DNA of 64,000 bases from an uncultured Spirochaetota bacterium. GTDB lineage: Bacteria > Spirochaetota > Spirochaetia > SZUA-6 > Fen-1364. The notes below the pieces were generated by a model. That model was given only the letters and a program-made list of their open reading frames with translations. It did not search any database and was not told where the DNA came from. The stretch covers positions 192,001-256,000 of the forward strand of contig CAWJSK010000001.1 in NCBI GenBank assembly GCA_963845535.1, written 5' to 3'. Every line of letters begins with the position of its first letter. Positions within the stretch are counted from its first letter, which is position 1. Made by a program: the position numbers and the translations under genes. Of the stretch, positions 8,377-17,820 are shown piece by piece.

Positions 8377-9018
8377 ATGAAGCTCATGGAGATGTCGCTG
8401 GAAAAGTTCCTGAGCGAGCTGGGCTCCGCTTCCCCCGCGCCCGGGGGAGGCAGCGTTGCCGCACTGGCGGGAGCGCTTGCCGCCGCGCTCTGCAGGATGG
8501 TATCCGCGTTGACCGCGGGGAAGGAAAAGTACAGGGATTCCTGGGCGGACATGGAAAGAGTCGGCAGGGAGTCCGCCGTCCTCGAAGGGCGACTTCGCGT
8601 GCTCGTGGATGAGGACACTCAGGCTTTCCGCGCGGTCATGGAGGCTCGGAGGCTTCCCAAAGGCACGGACCGGGAGCGCCAGGTCAGGGAACAGGCTCTG
8701 GACAACGCCTCCCTCACGTCGGCGAACGTCCCCCTCTCCACTCTTGAAGCGCTGCGCGAGCTTTCAGCTCTCGCCTTGTGCGCGGCGGACAGAGGCAACC
8801 CCCGCTGTGTGACCGACGCTGGCTCGGCCTCGCAGATGATCCGCGCCGGTGCCCTGAGCGCGGCGTACAACGTCCGCGTCAACCTCCCGTCCGTGAGGAA
8901 TCCGGTTGCCCGGGAGGAGCTTCAGGCCAGGACCGCAAAGGTCCTCCAGGAGGTGATTGATGAGACCCAGAGGACGGAAAACATCGTCGAAGCCCGGCTC
9001 GAGCTCCTCCAAGCCTGA
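8377..9018 (+). CDS. Formiminotetrahydrofolate cyclodeaminase / cyclohydrolase (FTCD C-terminal family)
   Basis: SLEKFLSELGSASPAPGGGSVAALAGAL, DEDTQAF, GNP...TDAG, AAYNVRVNL. Confidence 0.9.
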   Translation: MKLMEMSLEKFLSELGSASPAPGGGSVAALAGALAAALCRMVSALTAGKEKYRDSWADMERVGRESAVLEGRLRVLVDEDTQAFRAVMEARRLPKGTDRERQVREQALDNASLTSANVPLSTLEALRELSALALCAADRGNPRCVTDAGSASQMIRAGALSAAYNVRVNLPSVRNPVAREELQARTAKVLQEVIDETQRTENIVEARLELLQA

Positions 9019-9028
9019 CGGGGGCCCC

Positions 9029-10558
9029 GTGCGCACCATCGTGATTGGCAAAGAGACTTTTGGGATCGAAGCGCTCGTTGCGATTGCTCGAGACGGGGCG
9101 CGGGTGGAGCTTGCGGACTCCGCGCGCGCCGACGTCATGCGCGCGCGGGCGCTTGTCGAGAAATGGGTCCGCGAAGGCAGGGCAGTGTATGGCGTGACCA
9201 CGGGGTTCGGCGCGCTGTGCGAAGTGGCAATCGAGGAAAGCCAGACGCGCGCGCTGCAGGAAAACATCATCATGAGCCATGCTGCCGGCGTCGGGAGCCC
9301 TTTCCCGGCGGAGGCCGTTCGGGCCGCGCTGGCGGTGAGGGTCCAGGACCTTTCCCAGGGGCACGCCGGTATCAAGCTGGAAACGCTCCAGGCCTTGATT
9401 GACCTGCTCAATTCCGGCGTATGCCCCGTGGTGCCGGAAAAGGGCTCGGTGGGCGCAAGCGGGGATCTTGCGCCAATGGCTCACCTTGCGCTCGTCCTCA
9501 TCGGCCGGGGTGATGCGTTCTACCGGGGGGCCCGCATGGCTGGCGGGGAGGCGCTCCGCGCCGCAGGGCTTGTCCCGGTGCGCCTTGACGCCGGCGAGGG
9601 GCTTGCCCTCATCAACGGCACGCAGTTCATGGCAGGGATCGGCGCGCTTGCCGTGAACGACGCCGAACGGCTCGCCACGACGGCGGATATTGCATGCTCC
9701 ATGAGCCTCGAGGTCCTCATGGGCACCAACGTGGAGTTCGATCCGCGCATCCATAACGCCCGGCCTCATCCGGGGCAGGGCGCGGCGGCGGACAACATGT
9801 ATCGCATCACGCAGGACAGCGCAATCATGTCCTCCCACAAGGACTGCCACAGGATCCAGGACGCCTATACGCTGCGCTGCTCCCCGCAGGTGCATGGGGC
9901 AAGCCGTGACGCTGTCCACCACGTGAAGGGCGTCTTCGAGACCGAGCTTGGCTCGTGCACCACCAACCCGCTGATCTTCCCCGAGACGGGAGACTTCCTG
10001 CTGGGCGGGAACTTCCACGGTCAGCCCCTCGCGCTGGCCGCGGATTACCTCTGCATGGCCGCCGCCGAGCTTGCAAGCATTTCCGAGCGCCGCATCGAAA
10101 GGCTGGTCAACCCGCAGCTGAGCGGGCTGCCTGCCTTCCTCGTGAACGATTCCGGACTGAACTCGGGTTTCATGATCGCGCAGTACACCGCCGCGGCGCT
10201 CGTGTCGGAGAACAAGGTGCTGTCCCACCCCGCGTGCGTGGACTCCATCCCGACCTCGGCGAACAAAGAGGACCACGTCAGCATGGGGACCATTTCCGTG
10301 CGCAAGTGCCGCTCGGTCATCATCAACGCGGAGAACGTGATTGCCATCGAGCTGCTCTGCGCGTGCCAGGCGCTGGATCTCCTCACGAAAGGCAAGCCCG
10401 GCAAGGGCACGGAAGCCGCCTACCGCACAATCCGCGAGCGCGTTCCCCGGCTGGACCATGACCGTGTTCTTTCGAAGGACATCGAGGCCATGGTCGATTT
10501 GCTGCATGAGGGCGGGATCATCCGGGCGGTGGAAGCTGCGGTGGGCGCCCTCAGGTAA
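9029..10558 (+). CDS. hutH: Histidine ammonia-lyase
   Basis: VYGVTTGFG, LQENIIMSHAAGVG, GSVGASGDLAPMAH (MIO motif), QDAYTLRC, GGNFHGQP, SANKEDHVSMG. GTG start is approximate. Confidence 0.95.
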   Translation: MRTIVIGKETFGIEALVAIARDGARVELADSARADVMRARALVEKWVREGRAVYGVTTGFGALCEVAIEESQTRALQENIIMSHAAGVGSPFPAEAVRAALAVRVQDLSQGHAGIKLETLQALIDLLNSGVCPVVPEKGSVGASGDLAPMAHLALVLIGRGDAFYRGARMAGGEALRAAGLVPVRLDAGEGLALINGTQFMAGIGALAVNDAERLATTADIACSMSLEVLMGTNVEFDPRIHNARPHPGQGAAADNMYRITQDSAIMSSHKDCHRIQDAYTLRCSPQVHGASRDAVHHVKGVFETELGSCTTNPLIFPETGDFLLGGNFHGQPLALAADYLCMAAAELASISERRIERLVNPQLSGLPAFLVNDSGLNSGFMIAQYTAAALVSENKVLSHPACVDSIPTSANKEDHVSMGTISVRKCRSVIINAENVIAIELLCACQALDLLTKGKPGKGTEAAYRTIRERVPRLDHDRVLSKDIEAMVDLLHEGGIIRAVEAAVGALR

Positions 10559-10562
10559 GGTA

Positions 10563-10622
10563 CACCTATAAAAAACGCCAATGTTGTCCAAAAACTTGCA
10601 CTTCTCGCGATTCTTATAGGTG
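10563..10622. repeat. AT-rich 60-bp element bounded by 16-bp imperfect inverted repeats
   Basis: CACCTATAAAAAACGC (10563-10578) vs the reverse complement of 10607-10622, CACCTATAAGAATCGC: 14 of 16 match. Confidence 0.7.
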
Positions 10623-10694
10623 CGCAGGTCAGGCTCAGCGCAGCGGTTCAGGCGCGTCGGGGCTCAGGCAGGCCACCCGGGGCCCTCTGGCGCC

Positions 10695-13600
10695 TCAGGC
10701 AGGATCCGCGGGCTCTGCGTCCTCGTCAGCCACGAAACGGAGGTACTCCGCGTGCACCCTCTCGCGCCGGCGTGACAACTTTGCCACGAGCTGCTCGGCC
10801 GTGGCTCCAGTTCCCAACATCAGGCGCGCGAGCGCTCGAAGCTGCCCCGGGTCGCTGGGCAGGCTGTGGGTCTGGCGATCCTCGTAGATTTGCAGGAAAT
10901 GCTCCACGCGGCGTAGAAAAAGGTAGTCGGAGGAAAGCTGCTCTGCCGTCTCCCGGGGCAGCACCCCGGCAGCGGCCAGGGCGCGAAGGGCGGGAAGCGT
11001 TCCGCCCTGCAGAAGCTCAGGCTTCTCCCGCGCGTGGACGAGCTGAAGCCCCTGGGCCAGAAACTCCACGTCCCGCAGGCCGCCGAGGCCCGTCTTGATG
11101 TCGGTGGTGGTCAGGATGCTGCGGGAGAGGGCCCGAAGCGCCTCCCGCCGCAGCCGGTTGATGGAGGCCGTGATCTCTGCCGGGGCGTGGACGGAGAGGA
11201 GCACCTCCCGCGCCATGCGGAGGAACTCCTCTCCGAGCGCCGCGTCTCCTGCAACCGGCCGTGCCTTGAGCAGGGCCTGCACTTCCCAGAGCTCCGCGTT
11301 GCGGCCGTAGTAATCGCGAAGCTGCTCCAGGGAGAACACGAGCTGCCCTGAGCTGCCGTAGGGCCGGAGCCTCAAGTCCACGCGATAGGCGTACCCCCCG
11401 CTGGTGTGGGAGGACAGGTGCGCGCGTACCGCCTCCATGAGGAGGGTGGCGCGCTCGACGTCCGTCTCCCCCGAGGCGCACAGGCCGAGCAGGTCGATGT
11501 CCGAGCTGTAGTTCAGCTCACGACCTCCGAGCTTCCCGAAGGCAATGACGCAGAACGCGGGCGCTGCGCGTCCCCCGGTCCGGGCTTCGACCTCCTGGCG
11601 CGCGCGGTCCAGCGCGGACCCCGTGACGGCGTCAGCCAGGTCGGACAATTCTTCCATGATCCGTTGCGTCGGCGCTCCCAGGCAGATGTCGCGGGCGCCG
11701 ACGCGAAGGATCTCCCGCCGTCGGTAGCGCCGCAGGGCATCCATCCAGGCGCCCCGGTCCGCGTTCTCTGCCGAGATGTCCGCGAGCTCCCTGCGAATCT
11801 CCGCGGCGGCGCGCGGCGCGTTCAGCACGTCCCCGCGGCCAATGTACTCCAGGAGATCGGGTTCCTTGACCAGCGTGTCGGCGAGGAACTGGCTGGCGGA
11901 GAATATCGAAAGAAGGATTTCCAGCCGCATGGGCTGGGAGAGCATCTGGCGGAGGTGGGCGGCGGGATCAGGAAGGGCGCGCAGCAATCTCTCCCAGTTG
12001 TTGAGCGCCATATCCGGGTCAGGCTTCTGCGCAAGGACGTCCGTGGCCAGGGTGGCAAGCCGCGCAAAAAGGGGCCTTCGATCCGCTTCCCCCGCGATCT
12101 GGCGGATGTTGAGCACGGCCCGGGCCGGGTTCGCGAAGCCCCTGTCTGCCAACGCGGCCAGCGCCAGCTCTTCGGGAACGGCGTCGGAAAGAACGATGTC
12201 CGCCACCGTGACCCTCGGTGTCCCCGGGAGCGTTTCCCGCCCGAAGTATTTCTCCACGAACGCTCGCACCTCGGCGCTGTGGGTCTCGAAATCCAGGTGA
12301 AGCTTCCGCGCCGGGCTGAGCTCCGCCTCCGGGGAATAGCCCATGCGGCGCGCGAGGTGGTTGTACTCGTCGTCCTCGAGGCGGGGGAGAAAAAGGTCCT
12401 GCGCGGAGCCGCGCAGCATCCGAAGGCCGTTGATCAGGTGGCGGAAGAAGCGGTACGCGGAGACCAGTTCCTGTGCGGTAGCCCCGTCCACCACGCCAAT
12501 GGAGGCCAGGGCGTCCAGCGCTTCGTGGATCCGCGGCGTACGCAGCCTTGGTTCCGCGGCTCCGTGGGTGACCTGGAGGATCTGGACGGCATATTCGAGG
12601 TCCACGAGCGCCCCCGGACTGAACTTCGCGTTGAGCCTGCCTGGCTGGACCTTGTCCTGGGCCTGCTTCAACCGGATTTCGCGCAGCTCGGAAAGGTCTA
12701 TGCTGCGGGCCACGTAGATCATTTCATCCCGAAGCCGCTCCACCCGGCGGCCCAGCTCCTTGTCTCCGCCAACGGCGCGCAGGCGCACGAGGGAAAGCCG
12801 TTCCAGGGAGTGGGACCCCGCGCCGGGCACGTAGTACGTGCAGAAGCTCTCCAGGCTGCAGGCGAGCGGCCCCGCGGCGCCAAAAGGCCGCAGGCGAAGA
12901 TCGATATGGAAGATCCCTTCGCGTTTCGCGTGCACCATGTGAAGCACTGCCCGCACCAGGCTGTCGAAGAACTCTGCGTTGCCGATGACATCGGGGCCTT
13001 CGGTTGACCCGTTATCGCTGTACACGAAGAGAAGCTCGATGTCGGAAGCGTATCCCAGGGCCACGCCGCCGAGCTTCCCCAGCCCCATGATGGCGAGCTT
13101 CACCGGAAGACCGGCTACGGTGCGCGGCTCCCCAAACCGGGCGGCAAGCTGGCGCCACGTGAAGGCGGCGGCGGCATCGATCACCACCTCGGCAAGCGTG
13201 GTGAGCCGCCGGCTCAGCGTGAGGAAATCGGAGATGAAAGATTCCTCGGCCGCCTGCGCCCTGCGCTGCGGAGCGAGGATGTGGTCAAGATCGTAGAGGT
13301 AGATCTCCCTGTCCTTGAACGCGTTCAGCCTGCGGGCAAACTCCTCGGGGTCGGTTGCGCCCCCGAGGGCAATCTCGAGCCTTTCCGGCAGGAGCTCGAT
13401 GGGCTCGACGAGATTCCTTCCGGGCGCGCCCGGCCCGAGCAACGGGATCAGCTCTTCGTACTGCAGCCGAACGAAATCCTCCCACAGAAAAGCGCTGGCC
13501 CCGAGAAGCTGCGCGAGCTCCTGCAGGACCGTCTGGCTGGAGAGCAGCTCCACCCATCGCGCGTGCCCGGGGGCGGCGACGATGTCTTTCACGAGCTGCT

Positions 13601-14471
13601 CGAAGCGCAGGAGCGCCGCAAGCGGGTCCGAGGCGCTCCCGAGGAACGAGGTGAACTGCTTCGTCAGGAGGACGGAGAGCTTGATGTTGTCCAGCCGGAC
13701 GGAGTCAGAAATCGGATTCCCCGCTCCGTCCACGAACTCGAACTCGTCCTCGATCCTCCCTGCCTGCGTCCGGATGGTGACATGCTCAATGGATACCTCC
13801 TGCAGGGACAGGGCCGTTGAGAACGTGTAGAGGAAGAACGGCGTGTCCTGCGTTTTCACGTGCATCCGCGTCCGGGACGCCGACGGGTCCATCTCGATGC
13901 GCACGGGAGAGAGGACACCCCCTGTCTTCAGTCTCAGCTCCGCCAGCTTTCCCGCGGCCATCTCATTCACGATCTGACGGGCGCGCGCCGCTGCATCCCC
14001 CCCGTGCTCCAGCGCGCGGAAGACCTCCCCGAGAGTCGCGAAGAGCTTCTCCCGCCACCCCTCGTCGTCGGCGCCGGCTGCCTCCGTGCCGGCGAACTCG
14101 TCAATGATGCGACGCCTGCGCAGGAACAGGTCCCGCGGCGTCCGGGAGTCCGGCGGGGCCCAGGTGAAGATGTCCCCGCTTCTGATGTCGAAGCCCAGCG
14201 CGGAGAGCACGCCCGAGATGAGGGAAAAGGCGCCCTGGTGGTCGAAGGCAAGCACCGTGTACGCGGGCGTGCCCCGCGCGGCGGTCCCCGCAATGACCTG
14301 GACGGGGTGCCCGCTCCCCAGGACGGCAAGGCCTTCCAGATGAGCGGCTATCTCGTCTTCGCAGAAGCGCTCGAAGTAGCGTTCGTCGAGCCTCCGCATG
14401 TGCTCATCCACGAGCCGCGGGTTCAGCCCCGGGAGCCGGTCCTTGATGCGCTCGACGAGAGAGGGCGGCAT
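10695..14471 (-). CDS. glnE: Glutamine synthetase adenylyltransferase/removase with two N-terminal ACT domains
   Basis: Two nucleotidyltransferase modules: GLGKLGGVALGYASDIE...IDLRLRPFG and AFGKLGGRELNYSSDID...VDLRLRPYGSSG...DIKTGLGGLRDVEF. Located next to glnA. Confidence 0.92.
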   Translation of the reverse strand: MPPSLVERIKDRLPGLNPRLVDEHMRRLDERYFERFCEDEIAAHLEGLAVLGSGHPVQVIAGTAARGTPAYTVLAFDHQGAFSLISGVLSALGFDIRSGDIFTWAPPDSRTPRDLFLRRRRIIDEFAGTEAAGADDEGWREKLFATLGEVFRALEHGGDAAARARQIVNEMAAGKLAELRLKTGGVLSPVRIEMDPSASRTRMHVKTQDTPFFLYTFSTALSLQEVSIEHVTIRTQAGRIEDEFEFVDGAGNPISDSVRLDNIKLSVLLTKQFTSFLGSASDPLAALLRFEQLVKDIVAAPGHARWVELLSSQTVLQELAQLLGASAFLWEDFVRLQYEELIPLLGPGAPGRNLVEPIELLPERLEIALGGATDPEEFARRLNAFKDREIYLYDLDHILAPQRRAQAAEESFISDFLTLSRRLTTLAEVVIDAAAAFTWRQLAARFGEPRTVAGLPVKLAIMGLGKLGGVALGYASDIELLFVYSDNGSTEGPDVIGNAEFFDSLVRAVLHMVHAKREGIFHIDLRLRPFGAAGPLACSLESFCTYYVPGAGSHSLERLSLVRLRAVGGDKELGRRVERLRDEMIYVARSIDLSELREIRLKQAQDKVQPGRLNAKFSPGALVDLEYAVQILQVTHGAAEPRLRTPRIHEALDALASIGVVDGATAQELVSAYRFFRHLINGLRMLRGSAQDLFLPRLEDDEYNHLARRMGYSPEAELSPARKLHLDFETHSAEVRAFVEKYFGRETLPGTPRVTVADIVLSDAVPEELALAALADRGFANPARAVLNIRQIAGEADRRPLFARLATLATDVLAQKPDPDMALNNWERLLRALPDPAAHLRQMLSQPMRLEILLSIFSASQFLADTLVKEPDLLEYIGRGDVLNAPRAAAEIRRELADISAENADRGAWMDALRRYRRREILRVGARDICLGAPTQRIMEELSDLADAVTGSALDRARQEVEARTGGRAAPAFCVIAFGKLGGRELNYSSDIDLLGLCASGETDVERATLLMEAVRAHLSSHTSGGYAYRVDLRLRPYGSSGQLVFSLEQLRDYYGRNAELWEVQALLKARPVAGDAALGEEFLRMAREVLLSVHAPAEITASINRLRREALRALSRSILTTTDIKTGLGGLRDVEFLAQGLQLVHAREKPELLQGGTLPALRALAAAGVLPRETAEQLSSDYLFLRRVEHFLQIYEDRQTHSLPSDPGQLRALARLMLGTGATAEQLVAKLSRRRERVHAEYLRFVADEDAEPADPA

Positions 14472-14773
14472 CAGCGGCCGTTCAGCGCGCGTATGACGCG
14501 TTCAAGCTCGGCCAACGGCACGAGATCACTGAAGCCGCCAAAGGCGCCATCTCCGGCGATGGCGGCTGCCGCCCGGATGAATCCCGTCCAGGCCGCGCGC
14601 GCGAGCGCCGACCCCACACTGATTCGCCGGGCCCCGAGCTCAGCGAGGTCTGAAACGGTGAGGCCCATGTCCGAGCTCAAGCAGCCGGACTGATGGAGCA
14701 TGCGAAATGCTTTTCGTCGCTCAGCGGCCCCCCGGGGCGTGCCGGGAGCAGGGTTGGCTTCCGATGTATCCAT
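14471..14773 (-). pseudogene. Internally deleted isocitrate lyase/PEP mutase family gene (in-frame N+C fusion)
   Basis: The N-terminal family motif AERRKAFRMLHQSGC is joined directly to the C-terminal motif GLTVSDLAELGARRISVGSALARAAW. The catalytic core is missing. Confidence 0.75.
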
Positions 14774-14779
14774 GATCGA

Positions 14780-14808
14780 ACCGTAGGGGAACGCGCGGAT
14801 TCTTTCAA
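14780..14808 (-). promoter_or_regulatory. Sigma70-type promoter, apparently leaderless, for the remnant-glnE unit
   Basis: TTGAAA-N17-TACGGT-N6-ATG. Confidence 0.55.
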
Positions 14809-14830
14809 GCTCACGTCAAAAAGGCGCCCT

Positions 14831-14863
14831 AAAAAAAGGCGCCCCCTGCGCTGACAGGGGGCG
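14831..14863 (-). terminator. Rho-independent terminator of glnA
   Basis: Stem CGCCCCCTG/CAGGGGGCG followed, after two C residues, by seven T on the minus strand. Confidence 0.8.
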
Positions 14864-14898
14864 GTGTGGATGGGACTTGGAAACTTGAGGAGGGCTTT

Positions 14899-16323
14899 TT
14901 ATATGTCGAAGTACAGCATGAACTCCCAGGGATGCGGACGAAGGTCGAGAGCCAGGACCTCGTTCTTCATCTTGTAGTCGATCCAGGTCTCGATCACGTC
15001 CGGCGTGAACACATCGCCTTTCAACAGGTACTGGTGATCGTCCTGGAGCGCCTTGAGGACTTCCCGCAGAGAGCCCGGGGTCTGAGGCACCTTGGAGGCT
15101 TCCTCGGGAGGAAGGTCATAGATGTCCTTGTCCAGGGGCTGTCCCGGGTCGATCTTGTTCTGGATCCCGTCGATGGCCGCCATCAACATGGCGGAGAACG
15201 TCAGGTACGGGTTGCTGCTCGGATCCGGGCAGCGGAACTCAAGCCTCTTGGCCTTGGGGGAAGGCGAATACATGGGGATGCGGATGGCCGCGCTCCTGTT
15301 GCGCCGTGAATACGCCAAGTTGACAGGCGCCTCGAACCCCGGCACGAGCCTCTTGAAGCTGTTGGTGGTGGGGGTGGCGAAGGCAAGGATGGACGGAGCG
15401 TGCTTGAGAAGGCCGCCAATGGCGTGCAGCGCCATCTGCGAAAGCCCTGCGTACTTGTCGCCCGCGAACAGGTTCTTCTCACCGTTCCAGAGGGAGAAGT
15501 GGACGTGCATGCCGCTCCCGTTGTCGCCAAAGAGGGGCTTGGGCATGAACGTGGCCACCTTGTTGAACTTCTTTGCCGTGTTCTTGATCACGTATTTGTA
15601 TTTCAGAAGGTTGTCCGCCATGGTCACGAGGTTGTTGAAGCGCATGTCGATCTCGCACTGGCCGCCGGTGGCCACTTCGTGATGCTGCGCTTCGATGGGC
15701 ACATCGATGGATTCCAGAGTCAACATCATCTCGCTTCTGATATCCTGCAGCGTGTCGGCGGGCGGAACGGGAAAATATCCTTCCTTGTACCGGATCTTGT
15801 ACCCGAGGTTCGGGTCCTCTTTGCGGCCTGTGTTCCATCGACCTTCGGAAGAATCGATATGGTAGTAGCCCTCATGCTCGTTCTGGTCGTAACGGATGTC
15901 GTCAAAGATGAAGAACTCGGCCTCGGGCCCGAAGTAGGGAATCTCGGCAAGGCCGGTCCCTTTGACAAAAGCCTCAGCCTTGCGGGCGATGTTGCGCGGG
16001 TCCCTGCTGTAGTCCTCCCCAGTCAACGGGTCCGCGATGTTGCAGATTACCACGAGCGTCTTGGCGGTGAGGAACGGATCGACGAAAGCGGTCTCCGCGA
16101 CCGGCTTTACGAGCATGTCCGATTCGTTGATTGCCTGCCAGCCCCTGATGCTGGATCCGTCGAAACCGAGCCCCTTCTCAAACGCGTCCAGGCTGAGCTC
16201 CCGCGCGGGAACGGAGAAGTGCTGCCAGATGCCGGGGAAATCCATGAACCTCAGGTCCACGACCTGCACTTTCTCCTTCTCCATGAATGCGACGATCTCT
16301 TTCGGTGTCTTGCCGATGCTCAT
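14899..16323 (-). CDS. glnA: Glutamine synthetase type I (adenylylatable)
   Basis: [61 protein letters not shown], adenylylation loop [21 protein letters not shown] before ATG 16323. Confidence 0.98.
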   Translation of the reverse strand: MSIGKTPKEIVAFMEKEKVQVVDLRFMDFPGIWQHFSVPARELSLDAFEKGLGFDGSSIRGWQAINESDMLVKPVAETAFVDPFLTAKTLVVICNIADPLTGEDYSRDPRNIARKAEAFVKGTGLAEIPYFGPEAEFFIFDDIRYDQNEHEGYYHIDSSEGRWNTGRKEDPNLGYKIRYKEGYFPVPPADTLQDIRSEMMLTLESIDVPIEAQHHEVATGGQCEIDMRFNNLVTMADNLLKYKYVIKNTAKKFNKVATFMPKPLFGDNGSGMHVHFSLWNGEKNLFAGDKYAGLSQMALHAIGGLLKHAPSILAFATPTTNSFKRLVPGFEAPVNLAYSRRNRSAAIRIPMYSPSPKAKRLEFRCPDPSSNPYLTFSAMLMAAIDGIQNKIDPGQPLDKDIYDLPPEEASKVPQTPGSLREVLKALQDDHQYLLKGDVFTPDVIETWIDYKMKNEVLALDLRPHPWEFMLYFDI

Positions 16324-16384
16324 CTTGAATGCCTCCTTACCATAATGCCCCTCCCAATGGGAAACACGTTCCCGTCCGCGAAAC

Positions 16385-16400
16385 TGCAAACGCCGTGCCA
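16385..16400 (-). promoter_or_regulatory. Sigma-54 (-24/-12) promoter of glnA
   Basis: Minus strand TGGCAC-GGCGT-TTGCA matches the RpoN consensus, about 60 nt upstream of glnA. Confidence 0.85.
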
Positions 16401-16588
16401 GGGTCGCTATGTTGATGCAATTTATTTCCCCTGAATGAAATACAAGAAAAGGCTTGACTCAGGCCATCGCGGCATGGGTACAGAAATGTAGGACAAAAAA
16501 ACGCCCCCATACGCAATTGTAGCTTTCGTCGAACGATTGTGAAGCGGACATTGGGCGTGGGCCCGATCGTCTTCTCAAGCGTCTGCGA

Positions 16589-16617
16589 TTGCGCATAGCA
16601 ATTGTTGGTGCTACACT
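16589..16617 (+). promoter_or_regulatory. Sigma70-type promoter of rlmD-U32
   Basis: TTGCGC-N17-TACACT with an extended TG. Confidence 0.55.
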
Positions 16618-16631
16618 GAGTTTTCACCACG

Positions 16632-17820
16632 ATGGTCGGGCCCTGATCTGGAGCAAACACCAATCGCCAACCCTGAAATAACCGCGGACATTGCAATTGA
16701 GAAGCTCGTCGCCGGCGGCGAGGGCCTTGGGTTCCTGGACGGAAAAGCCGTCTTTGTCCCGGGGACCCTTCCCGGTGAGAAGGCCAGAGTGCGCCTGACG
16801 CAGCGGCGGAAGGATTTCGACCGGGCCACGGTTGTCGATATTGTCGAGCCTTCTGCGAACCGCCAGGGGCCTCCATGCCAGCTTGCGGGCGTCTGCGGCG
16901 GCTGCGACTGGTTGCACATACGCTACGAGGAGCAGCTTGAGCAGAAAGCAGCAATCATCCGTGAGGCCTTCCGCCGGGTTGGGCGGTTCTCATGGGACGC
17001 CATCGGCATCCATTCCGGCCCTCCGCTCGGATATCGCAACAGGGTCCAGGTGCACCGTGACCAGCGCGGGAGGCTCGGCTTCATGGAGGCCGGCAGCTCG
17101 CGAATTGTCCCCGTGTTGTCATGTCCGATTTCCGACCCGGCAATCAACCGCATCTTCGCCGAGCCCGACCGCGCTCCGAAGGACCGTGAGCGTTTCACTG
17201 TCTGGGGCAGCGGAGAGACCGCCGCCGTCGAGGGAATTGATGACTCGCGCAAGATCGAGGCTTTCGTGAACGGGAAAAAGATCGCCTTTTCCGTTGCCTG
17301 CTTCTTCCAGTCGAACCTCGCCGTGCTCGAGCAGCTCATCCCGTTCGTCATGAAGGACCTGGCGGGAAAGTCCGCGGCAGACCTGTACTGCGGAGTCGGG
17401 CTTTTCGGCGCGTTCCTGGCGGAGCGCTTCTCGAGGGTGATCGGGGTGGAATCCAGCTCTCTCAGCTTGTCATTTGCTCGGGGGAACGTGCACGGCGAAT
17501 TGAACGATTTCTACCCTTTGAGCGTGGAGCAGTGGATAGAAGCAGGGGCGGTCGGGGGCCCTTTCGACGTGGTGGTGGCTGATCCTCCGCGCACGGGGCT
17601 GGCCCCCGAGGTTCGCGGCTGGCTCCAAAGGACGGGACCGTCACGATTGGTGTACGTCTCCTGCAACCCCGTCACCCTGGCTCGGGACCTCGGCGAACTG
17701 ACCCGCGGAGGCTTTGCAATCGACGAAGTCGGACTCTTCGATTTTTTCCCGCAGACCTCGCACGTCGAGACCGTCGCGCGGCTGCACCTTCCCGCGCGGC
17801 CTCGGGGCGGTGACGGATGA
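16632..17820 (+). CDS. rlmD: TRAM-domain RNA (uracil-C5)-methyltransferase, RlmD/TrmA family; start uncertain
   Basis: The frame upstream of the track start reads IEKLVAGGEGLG...VFVPGTLPGEK (TRAM). Also CQLAGVCGGC, FFQSN, DLYCGVG, DPPRTG, YVSCNPVTLARD, FFPQTSHVE. Confidence 0.85.

Noticed and set aside
8879..13007. Long antisense ORFs (e.g. 8879-10591, 11406-13007; also 3324-4733, 22580-24058, 31404-32963)
   Set aside because: They are shadow frames of well-supported genes, typical of GC-rich codon usage, and carry no recognisable motifs.
16596..16613. NtrC-like palindrome TAGCA-N8-TGCTA upstream of glnA
   Set aside because: Spacing deviates from the NtrC consensus, and it coincides with the rlmD sigma70 promoter spacer.
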